In this document: in pieces, positions 10,180 to 22,430 of the stretch
Position numbering within the stretch: the stretch's first letter is position 1
How the letters are laid out: every line of letters starts with the position of its first letter
DNA from: Macrostomum lignano
Lineage: Eukaryota
Reading direction: 5' to 3'
Assembly (NCBI GenBank): GCA_002269645.1
Contig: NIVC01000211.1
Span: 248,001-312,000, forward strand
Length of the DNA: 64,000 nt
Notes under the pieces: model-generated
What the model saw: only the letters and a program-made list of their open reading frames with translations
Databases searched by the model: none
What the model was told of the DNA's origin: nothing
Position numbers and translations under genes: made by a program

Positions 10180-13100
10180 TGCCAGCGGCCACCTGGTGTC
10201 TGCAGATCAACACCCAGCACTGCGTGGCGGCGTCGGTCAACCTGATGCGCACGGCAGAGCAACAGCTTCCGGGCCTGGTCTTCGCACAGGAGCCCTGGAT
10301 GACTAAAGGTAAGCCAAATAATGTGCCATCTGGCTACCACTGTTTTTGCATGGCGGGCTCGCAGCCTCGCCAAAGATCTCTGGTCTTTGCTGCGAAAGCT
10401 TTTGAGGCATGGATGAGACCTGATCTCTCGTCTGGGGACATCTGTGTTGTTCAAATCAATAACCTCATTCCCAATAAACCTGTGCTGGTAGCATCTGCCT
10501 ATTTCCCGGGCGATGCCCCAGTTGTCTGCGACGCGCTAGTCAACCTTATTGACTATGCTGCGTCCCATCGGTTCGAGCTGCTCATTGCAGGGGATGTGAA
10601 CGCACACCACTTGCATTGGGGCAGCAAAAACATCAATAGCAGAGGCGAGGAGCTGCTGGCCTATGTCAGCAGCACTAACCTCAATTTCTGTAACGTGGGC
10701 AATGCACCAACGTTCAATAATGGGCGGTGGGCCGAAGTCATCGACACCACCATCGCCTCACCCGGACTGCTTTCCGCAGTTACGGGCTGGCGAGTGTGGG
10801 ACGAGGACTCGCTCTCGGACCACCGCTTTATCCGCTTTTGCATTGGGCCGACCAAGCAAAAGCCTAAGGTCACTTGGAGTCGGAATGTCAGGAACACCGA
10901 TTGGGCCGCCTTTGGCTCGAAGCTAAGCCGCGGCCTTCGGGATCTTGACCCCCCCCCCCAGTGACCTCTCTGACTGCCAGGTGGTGGATGATCTCGCCTC
11001 CTCCCTGAGTGGGGCGATCACCACTGCCTTTGAAGCAGCCTGCCCTCTAAAAGCCTATAAAGGCAAGAAATCTGCTCCCTGGTGGAACCCAGAGCTCGGG
11101 GCCCTTCGGCGCCAAGCCAGGACCCTCCAAAGGCGAGCGCTCAAAACCAAAGACCCATCTGACAGAGAGGCCTATACCCGTGCGATCCACGAGTTTAAGG
11201 GCCAAGTCAGAAGGGCCAAGACGGCCAAGTGGCGCCAATACTGCGAAGGGCTTGAGGGCTCTCGCCCCGTAGCCCGCGTGGTTAAGGCACTCACGAATGA
11301 CCGTTTTTCTAAACTCTCTGTTGTAAAGAGACCTGACGGCTCGGTCATAGGGAGCTCTGAAGAGACTCTGGAGCTAATGCTCAACAGTTTCTTCCCTAAA
11401 TCTCCGACTCAGCAGGGCCCGCCTGACCACACAGTGGGAGGGCAAGGCCTTGCAAAGTCTATAATCACCAAAGACCGCATTATTAGAGCGGCAAGGTCCT
11501 TTAACCCGTTCAAGGCGCCTGGGCCCGACGGCATCTACCCAGCGTTCTTGCACGAGGCGGCGAAAAACCACCGCTTTCTGGACCTCCTCTGTTGTCTCCT
11601 CCGAGCTTGTGTGGAACTGGGCTATGTACCAGTTGCGTGGAGAGAGGCCCGGGTGGTCTTTATCCCCAAGCCTGGAAAGAGCGACTACCAATCGGTGAAG
11701 GCCTTCAGGCCTATCAGCCTCACTTCTTTCTGCCTCAAGCTCCTCGAGAGACTGGTGCTCTGGCGCCTACTTTCAGTCGAGCTGAAGCGCTTCCCACTCT
11801 CGCAGAACCAGCACGCCTTCCGCGCGGGCAGGTCTACCGAGAGTGCCCTCCATGTCATTGTTGACTTCCTGGAGAGGGCCGTTCTTGGCAGCGGCTTTGC
11901 CCTCTCGCTTTTTCTGGACATCGAGGGGGCCTTCGACAACGTCATCTTCGAGGCCTTTTGCAGAGCCCTGGAATCCAGGGCCACGCACCCTCACCTTGTC
12001 CGATGGATCATGTTCATGATCCGGAACCGCACTGTTGTGGCCCACCTGAACGGCAGCTCTCTTTCGGCGCCTGTCCAAAAAGGGGGCCCCCAGGGCGGAG
12101 TTCTCACCCCCGTTCTCTGGAACATGGTCATGGATGAGCTGCTTTGCAGTGATCTCCACGACCCCATTCTCAAGGTGGGCTATGCCGATGACGTGACCGC
12201 GATCTGCGCGGGCCCCTCGGTTGACACCATCAGAGATCTTCTGCAGGGCTTTCTGGGACGAGCGGAGCGTTGGGCAAACCAATGTGGTCTTAGACTCTCA
12301 GAGTCGAAAACCACAGCGGTCATGTTTACCAACAAACTGCTCTGGACCATTAAGCCCCTCACCCTCTATGGAAAGAACATTTCCATGGAGAAGCAGGTCC
12401 GCTGCCTGGGCCTCACTCTGGACCACAGGCTCAACTGGACTCCGCACATTCAAACTAAAGCCAAAAAAGCCCTGGCTGTCCTGGCTCAGATCAGGCGCGC
12501 CGTGGGCACCACCTGGGGGCTCACCCCCAGGAAGCTGTGGTGGGTTTATACTGCAATCATCCGCCCCTCGATCAGTTACGCCAGTCTCGTGTGGGCTAGC
12601 GGTCTGAGCGTCAAGAGTAACCTCGACGCTCTCTACAAAATCCAGGGCAGAGCCTGCCGCATGACTATGGGCGCTCCACCCTCTACTCCTTTTGAAGGCA
12701 TGAATGCCTTCCTCTGCACCCCTCCTCTGGATATTTATATCAAAGGAGAGGCGGCGAAGAGCACCCGGCGTCTTCTGGATGCTGGGGTGGCCTTCAAGAA
12801 AGTGCGGGCCTTTAAGAAGCGGTCGCTTATCCCGCACTCTGACCTCTGCCTCAAGGCTCTAGAAGAATGTGGCGGGCTCAACATCCTCTCGGACTCGATC
12901 CCAGCCACCCTTCTCCTGAGCCAAAGGTATAAGGTCACTATTCAGCCTCGACATGAGGCGAGTGACAGCTGGAGCGATTCTGAAGTCCACTGTTACACTG
13001 ACGGCTCTATGAAGCATGGTCTTTCAGGCTTCGGAGCGTGCGTCTTCTTCAAGGGAGAAGTGGCGTGGAGCTACTCCCAGCACACTGGGCTCAACTCCAG

Positions 13101-13883
13101 TGTTTTTCAGAGCGAGGTGCTTGCCATCAGCTCCTGCGCGGCAGAACTGCGCCGAAGGCAGCTTAGCGGTCGGAAGCTTATTTTTCACTCTGACAGCCAA
13201 GCAGCCCTTCGGGCCCTCTGCCGCTGCACCACCAGCTCCAGGTCCGTCCTGGACTGCAACACCCAGCTCAACGGGCTTGCGCTAGGCAACCAGGTAGAGC
13301 TCAGATGGATCCCGGGCCACGCCGGTTTCCTCGGCAACGAGCGCGCCGACCTGCTGGCCAAGGCTGGCTCCGCCGGCGCGTTGCTGGGACCGGGCCCGGG
13401 GCCCCCATCCCCGCCTCGGTGATCAACTCCCGCGTTAAGCGCTGGGCTGACTCCGAGCATCTCCGCAGGTGGCACGACACCCGGAATTGTAGGCAATCCC
13501 GGGCGGCCGTCCCCTGCCCCTCCCCTCTCCTGCGTAGAGCCCTCCTCAGGCTCAACCGCAGAGACCTCAGAGCAGTTAGCATGGCCCTCTCCGGGCATGG
13601 CTGCTTCTCTCGCCACCGCTTCCTTCAGGGCCAGGTACCCGAGGAGCGGTGCCCCTTCTGCCGCTCAGGCAGTGAAAACGCCGACCATTTTATCTGCCAC
13701 TGCCCGGTTTTCACCAGGGCCAGGCTCACTCACCTCGGGCCAAACCCGGTTCTCTCCGACGTTTGCAGGCCCGAGAGCATCCCGCTGCTCGCCCGGTACC
13801 TCAGGGACATGGGACGAGCTGACTTCTTCCCCACCGCCGGTGAGGAGGACCGCGCTGCAGGCGAGACCGACGGGTCCCCCTGA
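10176..13883 (+). CDS. Retrotransposon ORF2: AP endonuclease, reverse transcriptase, RNase H, CCHC finger; split by +1 (C11 run 10949-10959) and -1 (~13395-13410) frameshifts
   Basis: APE: QINTQH, QEPW, GDVNAHH..WGS, DTT, SDHR; RT: KAPGPDGI, FRPISL, LDIEGAFD, PQGGVLTP, YADD, LGL; RNase H: YTDGS, SEVLAI, SDSQAAL, WIPGHAG..GNERAD; CPFC..H..C. Confidence 0.92.
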
Positions 13884-14407
13884 GCGACTTCACTTCAACG
13901 GAAGTCATTGGTCGCCAGGGGCTAGCGGAATGGGCGGTCTCCTCCGCCTCCCCGCTGCATCCGGCGGACGCCCCCTGCAGCTAAGTCAAGTAAGTCAAGA
14001 CATTTCTACCTGAGTCCTCAGGTAGAAATTAGAATGACCATTAAAGTGAGCACGTACTTAATCGATTTACACATTGCGAGCCTTAAGAAAGAACACTGTC
14101 TCAGGTCGACATCATTTCTGAGACCGCTTTTCGAAAACTTGTTCAAATACAGCTTGAGCTTGAGCTTGAGCATCGAGTATTCGGACTTTGACACGTCTGA
14201 AGTAAATATTTACCCCAGGGGGACCTGCTCGACACAGCCTTTATATTGAAAAAGGCAAGCACATAGTCGCGGAATAGACCTGGTAGCCACTCCGTACAGC
14301 AGGCAACCACGTGCACACTGCAGACGACAGCCCAGCTGGGATGCAGCCTTCTCAATTTAGGAGTGGCTCAGGTGCCGGTCAGCGACCGCTCCTAATCAGC
14401 GGCATCG

Positions 14408-14705
14408 CTGTTGCTGCTGTTGTTGTTGTTCTTTTTGTTGTTGTTGTGTGTTGTTTCTGTTTCTGTTGTTGTTGTTGTTGTTGTTGTTGTTGTGTGTTGT
14501 TTCTGCTTTTGTTGTTGTTGTTGTTGTTGTTGTTGTTGGTGTTGTTGTTGTTTTTATGTGTCGTTTCTGTTTTTGTTGTTGTTGGTGTTGTTTTTGTTGT
14601 TGTTGTTGTTAGTGTTGCTGTTGTTGTTGTTGTTGTTTTTTTGTTGTTGGTGTTGTTGTTGTTGTTGTATTTGCTGTTGCTGTTATTGTGGTTGTTGTTG
14701 TTGTG

Positions 14706-14745
<40 letters not shown>

Positions 14746-14750
14746 TTGTT
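14408..14750. repeat. Degenerate (GTT)n microsatellite = (AAC)n 3' tail of the adjacent minus-strand LINE fragment
   Basis: ~340 bp of GTT/GCT units directly abutting the LINE 3' end. Confidence 0.9.
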
Positions 14751-15380
14751 GATGCCAGCTTTGACTTAATCAGCTACAAGGGTCGGCCATTCGGATCCCA
14801 TGACGGCTGCTTCTTCCACCATTCCCAGTGCCGCAGCGCCTCTTCCGCCTGCTCGCAAACCACACTGATGTGTCTGCAGCATCAGGTCGGCATCCTCGTT
14901 TCCGCCAGCGGGCAGCCCCACGCATGCTCCATCCTTTCTTCCTCCACGCCGCAGAGCCGACATGAGCCGTCCTCTTGCAGACCTGTGCGCTTCCTGTAGC
15001 CTGCCATCTCAAGCGAGTGCCCCAGTGCGCATTCGACTGAAGCTCACTTCCTCCGTTCTACTGCTGAAGACAGGATCTGCCACTGCCATCTGGATCTGCC
15101 ATCTCGAAGCTTCCCACAGAGCGTAAAGCCCAGCTTGAGTGGAACCCCTCAAGTTTGCCCACGGCCACTGTCCGCCTTTAAAACATCCGCTCCATGTCTC
15201 CGCTCTCGACAATGTGCCACTTGCCCACCGATCCATCCGTAAAGATGATCGCATCCGCTCCAACTCTGGCCTCCTTGACGCGAGCGATGCCCATTGGCTT
15301 GCACTCCTGCTGCTGCTCAAAACATTATTGAGCTCATCACAGGCACGTTTTCTAGATGAACATTTCACAAATGACTGAGC
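14751..15380 (-). mobile_element. 5'-truncated non-LTR retrotransposon 3' fragment
   Basis: Minus strand encodes RTG..LE..CRLCGVEEERMEH..C (C-terminal CCHC), followed by a short UTR and the (AAC)n tail; paralog at 52401-53187. Confidence 0.7.
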
Positions 15381-15740
15381 CTAGTTCCTAAAAATCTGCA
15401 ATCCAATGAACCGAGTGAATTAAAAATGGACAACAAAATGGTTTGCTTTTAAACACATTACAAACAGGCAAAAAGGACAGAGAGATCGAGCAGTAGTACA
15501 TCAAACTAGCCTAGTAAAATCCACTGATCTCAAATCATTTCAACAGTAAAATTAAGCAGTTGTACACGAATTCTGTTGAAACTAGAAAAGCTATAAAAGT
15601 TAAATTTCTCAACTTTATAGTGAACTCGTAAATTCAAACGGTTTTCTCTGTTTTTTAGCATTGACTTTATTGTATAGCCCAATCTCATTTTACCAACCAT
15701 AAATTTAGCAACCATTGCGCGGTAAAACTGACACAATAAT

Positions 15741-16070
15741 CAGATTAGCACCACTCCATCAGATTAGCAACACTCCCCCAGATTAGCACCACTCCATCGA
15801 ATAGCACCACTCCCCCAGATTAGCATCACTCCCTAAGATTAGCACCACTCCATCAGATTAGCAACACTACCCAGATTAGCATCACTCCCCAAGATTAGCA
15901 CCACTCCATCAGATTAGCACAACTCCCCAAGATTAGCATCACTCCATCATATTAGCACCACTCCCCCAGATTAGCATCACTCCCCAAGATTAGCACCACT
16001 CCATCAGATTAGCACAACTCCCCAAGATTAGCATCACTCCATCAGATTAGCACCACTCCCCCAGATCAGC
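15741..16070. repeat. 19-21-bp minisatellite (CAGATTAGCACCACTCCCC variants)
   Basis: About 16-17 units; also 53521-53868 and short versions at 1221-1260 and 60851-60910. Confidence 0.9.
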
Positions 16071-16566
16071 ATTTTCTCCGTCAGCCGGAACGTCGGCAGC
16101 TTTACAACCAAAAATCGCGGTTTGCTGTGTTTTATTATATAGTTAAATTTAACTTATTATTTACCTGTTCTCTTTCAGCTTGGAGTCGCCGTCCATATAT
16201 ACAAATAGGTATTCGAGTTCGAGTGTGCAAGTGAAGCAATAAATCGCAACCGATCTCCGAAAAAACGAGTTGCATCGCTCGGGAATGCGGCCTCATCTAT
16301 TTCATAGGCATTTGGATGTTCCATTCCCTGCCGCCGATGTTTAGACGGGGCGAGGGTAGACTTGGCTGCATGGTGTTGGGCGCTTTTGCTTTGCATGAGT
16401 TGGAGCAATTAGAGGAGGTCATTCTGTGAGCATTTTGTGACTCGGTTCGCACGTCCACCCCTCGGTTGCTGCGCTTCTCGGGGTCCGCCGCCGGTCTTGG
16501 GTGCGCTCGCTCCTCCTCACCCTCCGGCGGACTCCGGCCCGGCCACGTGCTGCGCTCATCGTGCTG

Positions 16567-17587
16567 TCGAAGAAAGTCGGCCGCGTGTCGATCATCGGGC
16601 TGAATGTGAAGGCGGACCAAGGCTTGTCCAGCCGACAGTCCGGGCTTTCCGTGATGGCGAAGGTGAAAAACTCGGGCAAGAGTGCCGACCTCGTCTTCCT
16701 GTGCAGCTCGTTCCGCAGGTGCAAGCATCTCAGAAACGAGCTCGTGAGCAACCCGTCGAACATCGGCCAGGCGCTGCAGTTCGAAGCTCTCGGCAGAGTC
16801 GGCAGCATTCCGGTGAGGTTCGGCTTCAGGAGCAGCGCCAACCTGCCGAGGCTGAGGTGCAACCGGCACCGCTGGATCGTGTTCCAGAGGCGGGTCGACG
16901 GCAGCCTCTCGTTCGCTCAGAACTGGGACTCCTATGTGAAGGGATTCGGAAATCCCAGCTCCAACTACTGGATGGGTGAGTTGAGCAGAAGCGGGAATAT
17001 GAGCTTCAGTTACCTGGTGATAGTAGCATCCAGTCCTATTTTACAAAATTGCAAATTGCTTTTTACAGTTTCGAAGTAGGAGCTAATTGAGTAAATATTT
17101 AACAATAACGTAGCTTATTCTCTATTTTTCACCCACAGGCTTGGACCGGCTGTCCGAGATGACGAAAACAGGTGAAAAGAACGGCTCCCCCCTGACTTCC
17201 CGGTGCCGGTTGAGAATCGAGGTCCAGAGCTTTAGAGGCGGGAGGTACAGAGCCGAGTTCAGAATGTTCCAAGTGCTCGGTCCTGAGCAGCAGTACCGCC
17301 TGCGCGTCGGACTGCAGGTCGGCAGGTCGGTGTTGGGCAACCAGTTTCAGTGGCACAACGATATGAGGTTCAGCACATTCGACCGAGATCACGACACTTA
17401 CAATTATTCGTGCTCTCGAAGGTTTGGCTACGGTGGTTGGTGGTACGGCGCGTGCCACGTCGTCAACCTGAACGGAGCCTACACCACCGACACAAAAATC
17501 ACGAATAATCCAACGTACATGAGCTTCTACGTGCACGGGAAACACGTTCCAATGAGGCGCAGTCTGATGAAATTCAGGTGCTATTGA
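16567..17587 (+). pseudogene. FReD gene copy 2, 5'-deleted (start codon, signal peptide and ~100 codons lost); exons 16567-16975 and 17139-17587 otherwise open
   Basis: Equivalent of copy-1 4299-5108 (810 bp) is absent; splice sites and exon-2 ORF intact. Confidence 0.8.
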
Positions 17588-19785
17588 TCTTCCGCTCGTG
17601 CTGTTCAGCAGACAGTTCTGACTCTTGACTGCTGTTTTTTATTCAAGACTTGTCAGTGTGTTGGAAAGTACACTTTTTCTTTTTTTATGGCTTGCTTTTG
17701 CGAGATCATTCTTAAAATTTCAATTATTTTGGCAAGAGAAAAACGCAAAATTATAACATCTTACTCTATTTGATCTATTTGCGTACATTCAAAGACGCTG
17801 CAAATATGTACGAATGCTGTTTTTGTGGCAAGTCAATTAATCAACGATTAATTATTTATTAAAATCAAATTATGATTTCGATATGTGCCCAAAAGTAGTT
17901 TTAAAATCTTAGAAAGCGTCCTTTTGTATCTTCTTTGCCAACCTTCTGTCAGTGATAGCGAACTTGTATTTGATTGCACGCTCACCCGCATCCTCAATCA
18001 TGTACGTAATTTTATGGATTTTTGAGCTGCATTGAATCGACTGAAATCGAATATTTGTATTGTCGTGTAACACGAGCCGCTTTTACAAAAACAAACTTCT
18101 CTTTCGTCGCGCGCTCACTACACTTTGAAAATCAGAAGTTGCTGTTTTTTGCTTTGGTCTCCACTCCAGGAACCGGCATCGGCCTGTCCCAGCCCAATTT
18201 TAAAAAAAATGCGGACTTATTCAATTTGAAAAGTACACAAAAGATTGTCCGATGTATTTTAGGGCACCTTCTCGCACCTTTCTGGGACATGCCGAGATGA
18301 AACGCAGCAGAGAATATTCAAATATTCGCATCAGATTCTTTTATTGCTACTTGTCAGTAGGGAAATATGTTGTAAAGGGTTAGCTGAAGGTCGACTTAAC
18401 GATCTTTCTATCTTTCGAGTAGGGATCATTGACATGAAGCTTCAACCGAACCGACTGCACTAAAAGACCAATTGATGCAGAATTGCTGGCACGCCAGTTC
18501 CAGTTAATGATCCATCATGTAGAACCCACTCGCTGGTCTACGTCGTTTGGCAAGGCGGCTTACAGAGTTAGATTTCTAAATTTTTTCTGTTCAGATTTAC
18601 GCAGGCTGAATTCCAGATGCACTTTGTTTGGGCAACTGATGCACCGTTTCGCCAAAAAACGAGTTATTCCTCTGGCGAATCCTTAAAATCGTTCTTTGCA
18701 TTCGAACACTACTCACTGTTCATCGCGATGTACTCAGCAAAAACTGGCTGTCGTTTGAATTCAATCATTCGGTGCACCTTGAGCAGCTTTCTGTCTTGCA
18801 AGCGGTAGTACTGTAAGAATGCAAAACGTAAGAAAAAATATTGTGGCATCTGCACTACATGGTAATGCATTGCACCCTCATTTGAACTGGTGCCATTTTG
18901 TGGTTTTTTGTGGTTGCTTTGTTGTCTACTCAGTTTTCGGGTGATGCATATTTACAAATGACATTCCTCCACGAATGCCCTTCTCAGATATTATGTTCAT
19001 TTTCTATGGCATGCAGTTGAAAAAAGTGTACGGCTTTCGAGGTTGTCTTGCTGCAGGCTAAGCTTTCGAAACCCTAAAAAATAAAGTCTCTTGAGCTGGC
19101 CGAATTTTTACAGTTCTTGGTAAGCTAGCATGTAGTCGTGCAGCTTTTTTCCAGCAGAATGCATTTGCTGAACAAGACGAACATCGCTGGAGATGGAGAT
19201 GCGTGAATACCTTTTTTGCATCGCAGCTGCAGGCACATGCTCCGCCAACTTTGTGGCATTCTGATCCTTCTTTCACTGGGAATTTTTGACACTTCATAAT
19301 CGGTATAAACGACAACTGGGAGACTCAGCGTCTTCTACTAAGCCATAAATTGCACTACATTGTCACTTTCATCTTGGCGATCGTGATTGCTTTTGTGGAT
19401 CAAAATTTTCTTGTTGCTCCACTATATCCTGTATCCTCCCAACTGCGAAATGGTTTGATGCATTTCTCATAAAATTTACGATTTCCTCGGGCTTTTCTTG
19501 CTGTTCAAGAGGCGATTAAGGCAAGAGGCAGCGCACCAATGTCCAGTTTGTTTTGTTTCATCATCATTATCTGATCTAGGCTCATTTAGAAAAAGTGGGA
19601 CAGTGAAGCTACGATTATTTCCTTACCAAAAACACTGTGAAGCATAAGTTCTCGTTTCTTTCTTTAATCCTATCGAGATCCGATAGACGAATCAGCATAG
19701 CAGCACGCTTAAACTAATTTCATTCATTTCATCTATCGTATGTTGAATGCCGCTGATCGACGCTTTACTCACCTGGGTCATTGCT

Positions 19786-21940
19786 GTTCAAGAACGCAAC
19801 ACGGACATTGTGCTATCCGTGACGATTTTGTGCGTCGTCAGATTCGTGAGCCCGAGAAGTTCAGACCTGTCTTTGGCAAAGTCGTCACGATTTTTGGCGT
19901 CTAAGAGGCAACAGGAACCAAACTCTTTGACTTCGCTGAGGGGATTCCACAGCTCTCAATCTTACTGAACGGCATTCAGCTGCAGCTCCACTGGCTGCTG
20001 CCCAGAGACCGCCGAAAACCAGCCGGCTCGCGCACCCCGCCGCATCGACAAACTGGACTCCGATGTGTTCAGAATCCTGACAGACAGCTGAACCTCTTGA
20101 TCAGGCAGCTGCACCGAGCTGACCAGGAAATGATTACCTGCTGCCCGACACTCGGGCTCCACCATTCTAGGCAACTGAAATCTCCTCACCCCGCGTCTCT
20201 GAAGGCGGACTGGGACCCCAGCTTCTCTGGACATCCATCCGGACAGCCTGGCACAGCTCGATGCGGTACACAAGAGGTCTGTCAGCACACAAGCAATTCT
20301 GTGTAGAGGCAGTGTCTAGCAAAATCAATTATCATGCAATTTCTAATGTAAAAAGTCGGTTCCTAAAATGCATTGCTATGAAATTTCCTCGACTACTAAA
20401 AATTCGTTCTTGAATTTGATCTACCCAATAGAAAACTTTCCATCAATTAGACACAAAGTTTAAATTGGCGCGCTACTCGCTGTACAAATTTAAAATCCGT
20501 ATACCACGATGCTGAATTCGATTCCTAATTTTGTGTAGGTTCTAGGAAACGACCACTTATACTAATGACAATGTGCACCCGCTGTTCAGCAAATAAGCAA
20601 CCAAGGCACGGACTCGAAATTCGCGTCAATATAAACCAGTTAATTTCCCTCCTTGCTTCAGCTGGGCGATCTCTGCATTCAAGCTGGCGATCTCTGCCTT
20701 CAAGCTGGCGATCTCTGCCTTCAAGCTGGCAATCTCTGCCTTCAAGCTGGTGATCTCTGCCTTCAAGCTGGCAATCTCTGCATTCAAGCTGGCGATCTCT
20801 GCCTTCAAGCTGGTGATCTCTGCATTCAAGCTGGGCGATTTCTGCATTCAAGCTGGGCGATTTCTGCATTCAAGCTGGCGATCTCTGCCTTCAAGCTGGT
20901 GATCTCTGCCTTCAAGCTGGCGATCTCTGCATTCAAGCTGGCGATCTCTGCATTCAAGCTGGCGATCTCTGCCTTCAAGCTGGGCGATCTCTGCCTTCAA
21001 GCTGGTGATCAAGCTGGGCGATTTCTGCATTCAAGCTGGGCGATCTGCATTCAAGCTGGCGATCTCTGCTTCAAGCTGGTGATCTCTGCCTTCAAGCTGG
21101 CAATCTCTGCATTCAAGCTGGCGATCTCTGCATTCAAGCTGGCGATCTCTGCCTTCAAGCTGGGCGATCTCTGCCTTCAAGCTGGTGATCTCTGCCTTCA
21201 AGCTGGGCGATTTCTGCATTCAAGCCGGCGATCTCGGCAGCTGTGCGAGCTGTCTGACTGTTCAACAGTTGGACTGACCTCTTATTCTCCAGCAGCTTCA
21301 TCGATGCGAAAGTCTGGCGCACTCGCTGGATTGCAGCCTGCAGCACTTAAGGGTCCTGCAGCAAGACAATCCTCAAGCACCCTGTCCAGTACTCGAAGCC
21401 TTTTAGTCATTCATCTCTCTGCTCCACTGGCAGAGCCGGATATGCTTTACGCATGAGCTCATTGAGAGCGTCAGCGTCGTCCTCTAGCGCTTCTCCATCT
21501 AGCTCGGACTCCTGTTTCGGGTCACGGCTTCACCAGATGTTGTGCACCTATCCACAGGAGCGCTCTCTCCTGCAGCTTAACCTGTTGGGAAGCCGCGACT
21601 CCCAGATTTTCATTCACAGCTCCCTGTTCCAGCTTCCGAGGGAGAAGCAGGGAAAAATCAAGAACTTACACAACTAGCAGATTTAGTTAATCCTCATAGT
21701 TTGCAAGCAGCCAACTTCGAGGTCGACGGTAGGTAATAAAGGGGGTTGTTATGCTTCACTAATCAATTCCATTGTCGTTCAGCTGCATTTATAGGTCAAG
21801 TGCAAATGTACGAAGCACTGCAGGGTGGAGGCAGCACAGTCACTTCGGCAATGTCGAACTAGCTAGACAGCTCGTCGACATCCAGCATCTCTGGCGTCGG
21901 GTGGTGCACCGAGTGGCCTAAATGGGTGCGGTTCTTTTGG
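19786..21940 (-). mobile_element. Decayed Gypsy/Ty3 LTR retrotransposon gag-protease-pre-RT remnant, copy 1
   Basis: Minus-strand fragments: ELMRKAYPALPVEQR (gag-like), LLNSGCTLSLV (protease DSG-like, D>N), VRILNTSE..RGARAG, DDFAKDRSELLGLTNLTTHKIVTD (pre-RT); multiple stops and frameshifts. Confidence 0.7.
20660..21240 (-). repeat. 21-bp heptad-coding minisatellite (LKAEIAS/LNAEIAS/LKAEITS), with indels
   Basis: TTCAAGCTGGCGATCTCTGCC units; ORF 20626..20847. Confidence 0.9.
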
Positions 21941-22430
21941 CATGCGGGACGAAGCACAGGTACAGCATGCGGGATGAAGCACAGGTACAGCATGCGGGAT
22001 GAAGCACAGGTACAGCATGCAGGATGAAGCACAGGTACAGCATGCGGGATGAAGCACAGGTACAGCATGCGGGATGAAGCACAGGTACAGCATGCGGGAT
22101 GAAGCACAGGTACAGCATGCGGGATGAAGCACAATAACAGCATGCGGGATGAAGCACAGGTACAGCATGCGGAATGAAGCACAGGTACAGCATGCAGGAT
22201 GAAGCACAATAACAGCATGTGGGATGAAGCACAGGTACAGCATGCGGGATGAAGCACAGGTACAGCATACGGGATGAAGCACAGGTACAGCATGCGGAAT
22301 GAAGCACAGGTACAGCATGCAGGATGAAGCACAGGTATAGCATGCGGGATGAAGCACAGGTACAGCATGCGGGATGAAGCACAGGTACAGCATGCGGGAT
22401 GAAGCACAGGTACAGCATGCGGGATGAAGC
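21941..22430. repeat. 25-bp minisatellite, ~19-20 units
   Basis: Tandem CATGCGGGATGAAGCACAGGTACAG. Confidence 0.95.

Larger units (their letters stand above)
8184..13999 (+). mobile_element. Full-length non-LTR retrotransposon, LOA/R1-like (ORF1 + APE-RT-RNaseH-CCHC ORF2)
   Basis: 12-bp TSD GACATTTCTACC (8172-8183, 13999-14010); 3' (TAAGTCAAG)2 tail; domain order as in LOA-clade elements; clade assignment is inferred. Confidence 0.92.

Noticed and set aside
8461-13616. Numerous antisense and alternative-frame ORFs over the retrotransposon and FReD exons
   Set aside because: Shadow ORFs of GC-rich coding sequence
14311-14999. Poly-Val/Leu/Cys ORFs (also 52084-52454)
   Set aside because: Translations of the (GTT)n microsatellite
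19058-19315. Cys-rich minus-strand ORF
   Set aside because: No recognisable zinc-finger spacing or homology by eye; absent from the paralogous block
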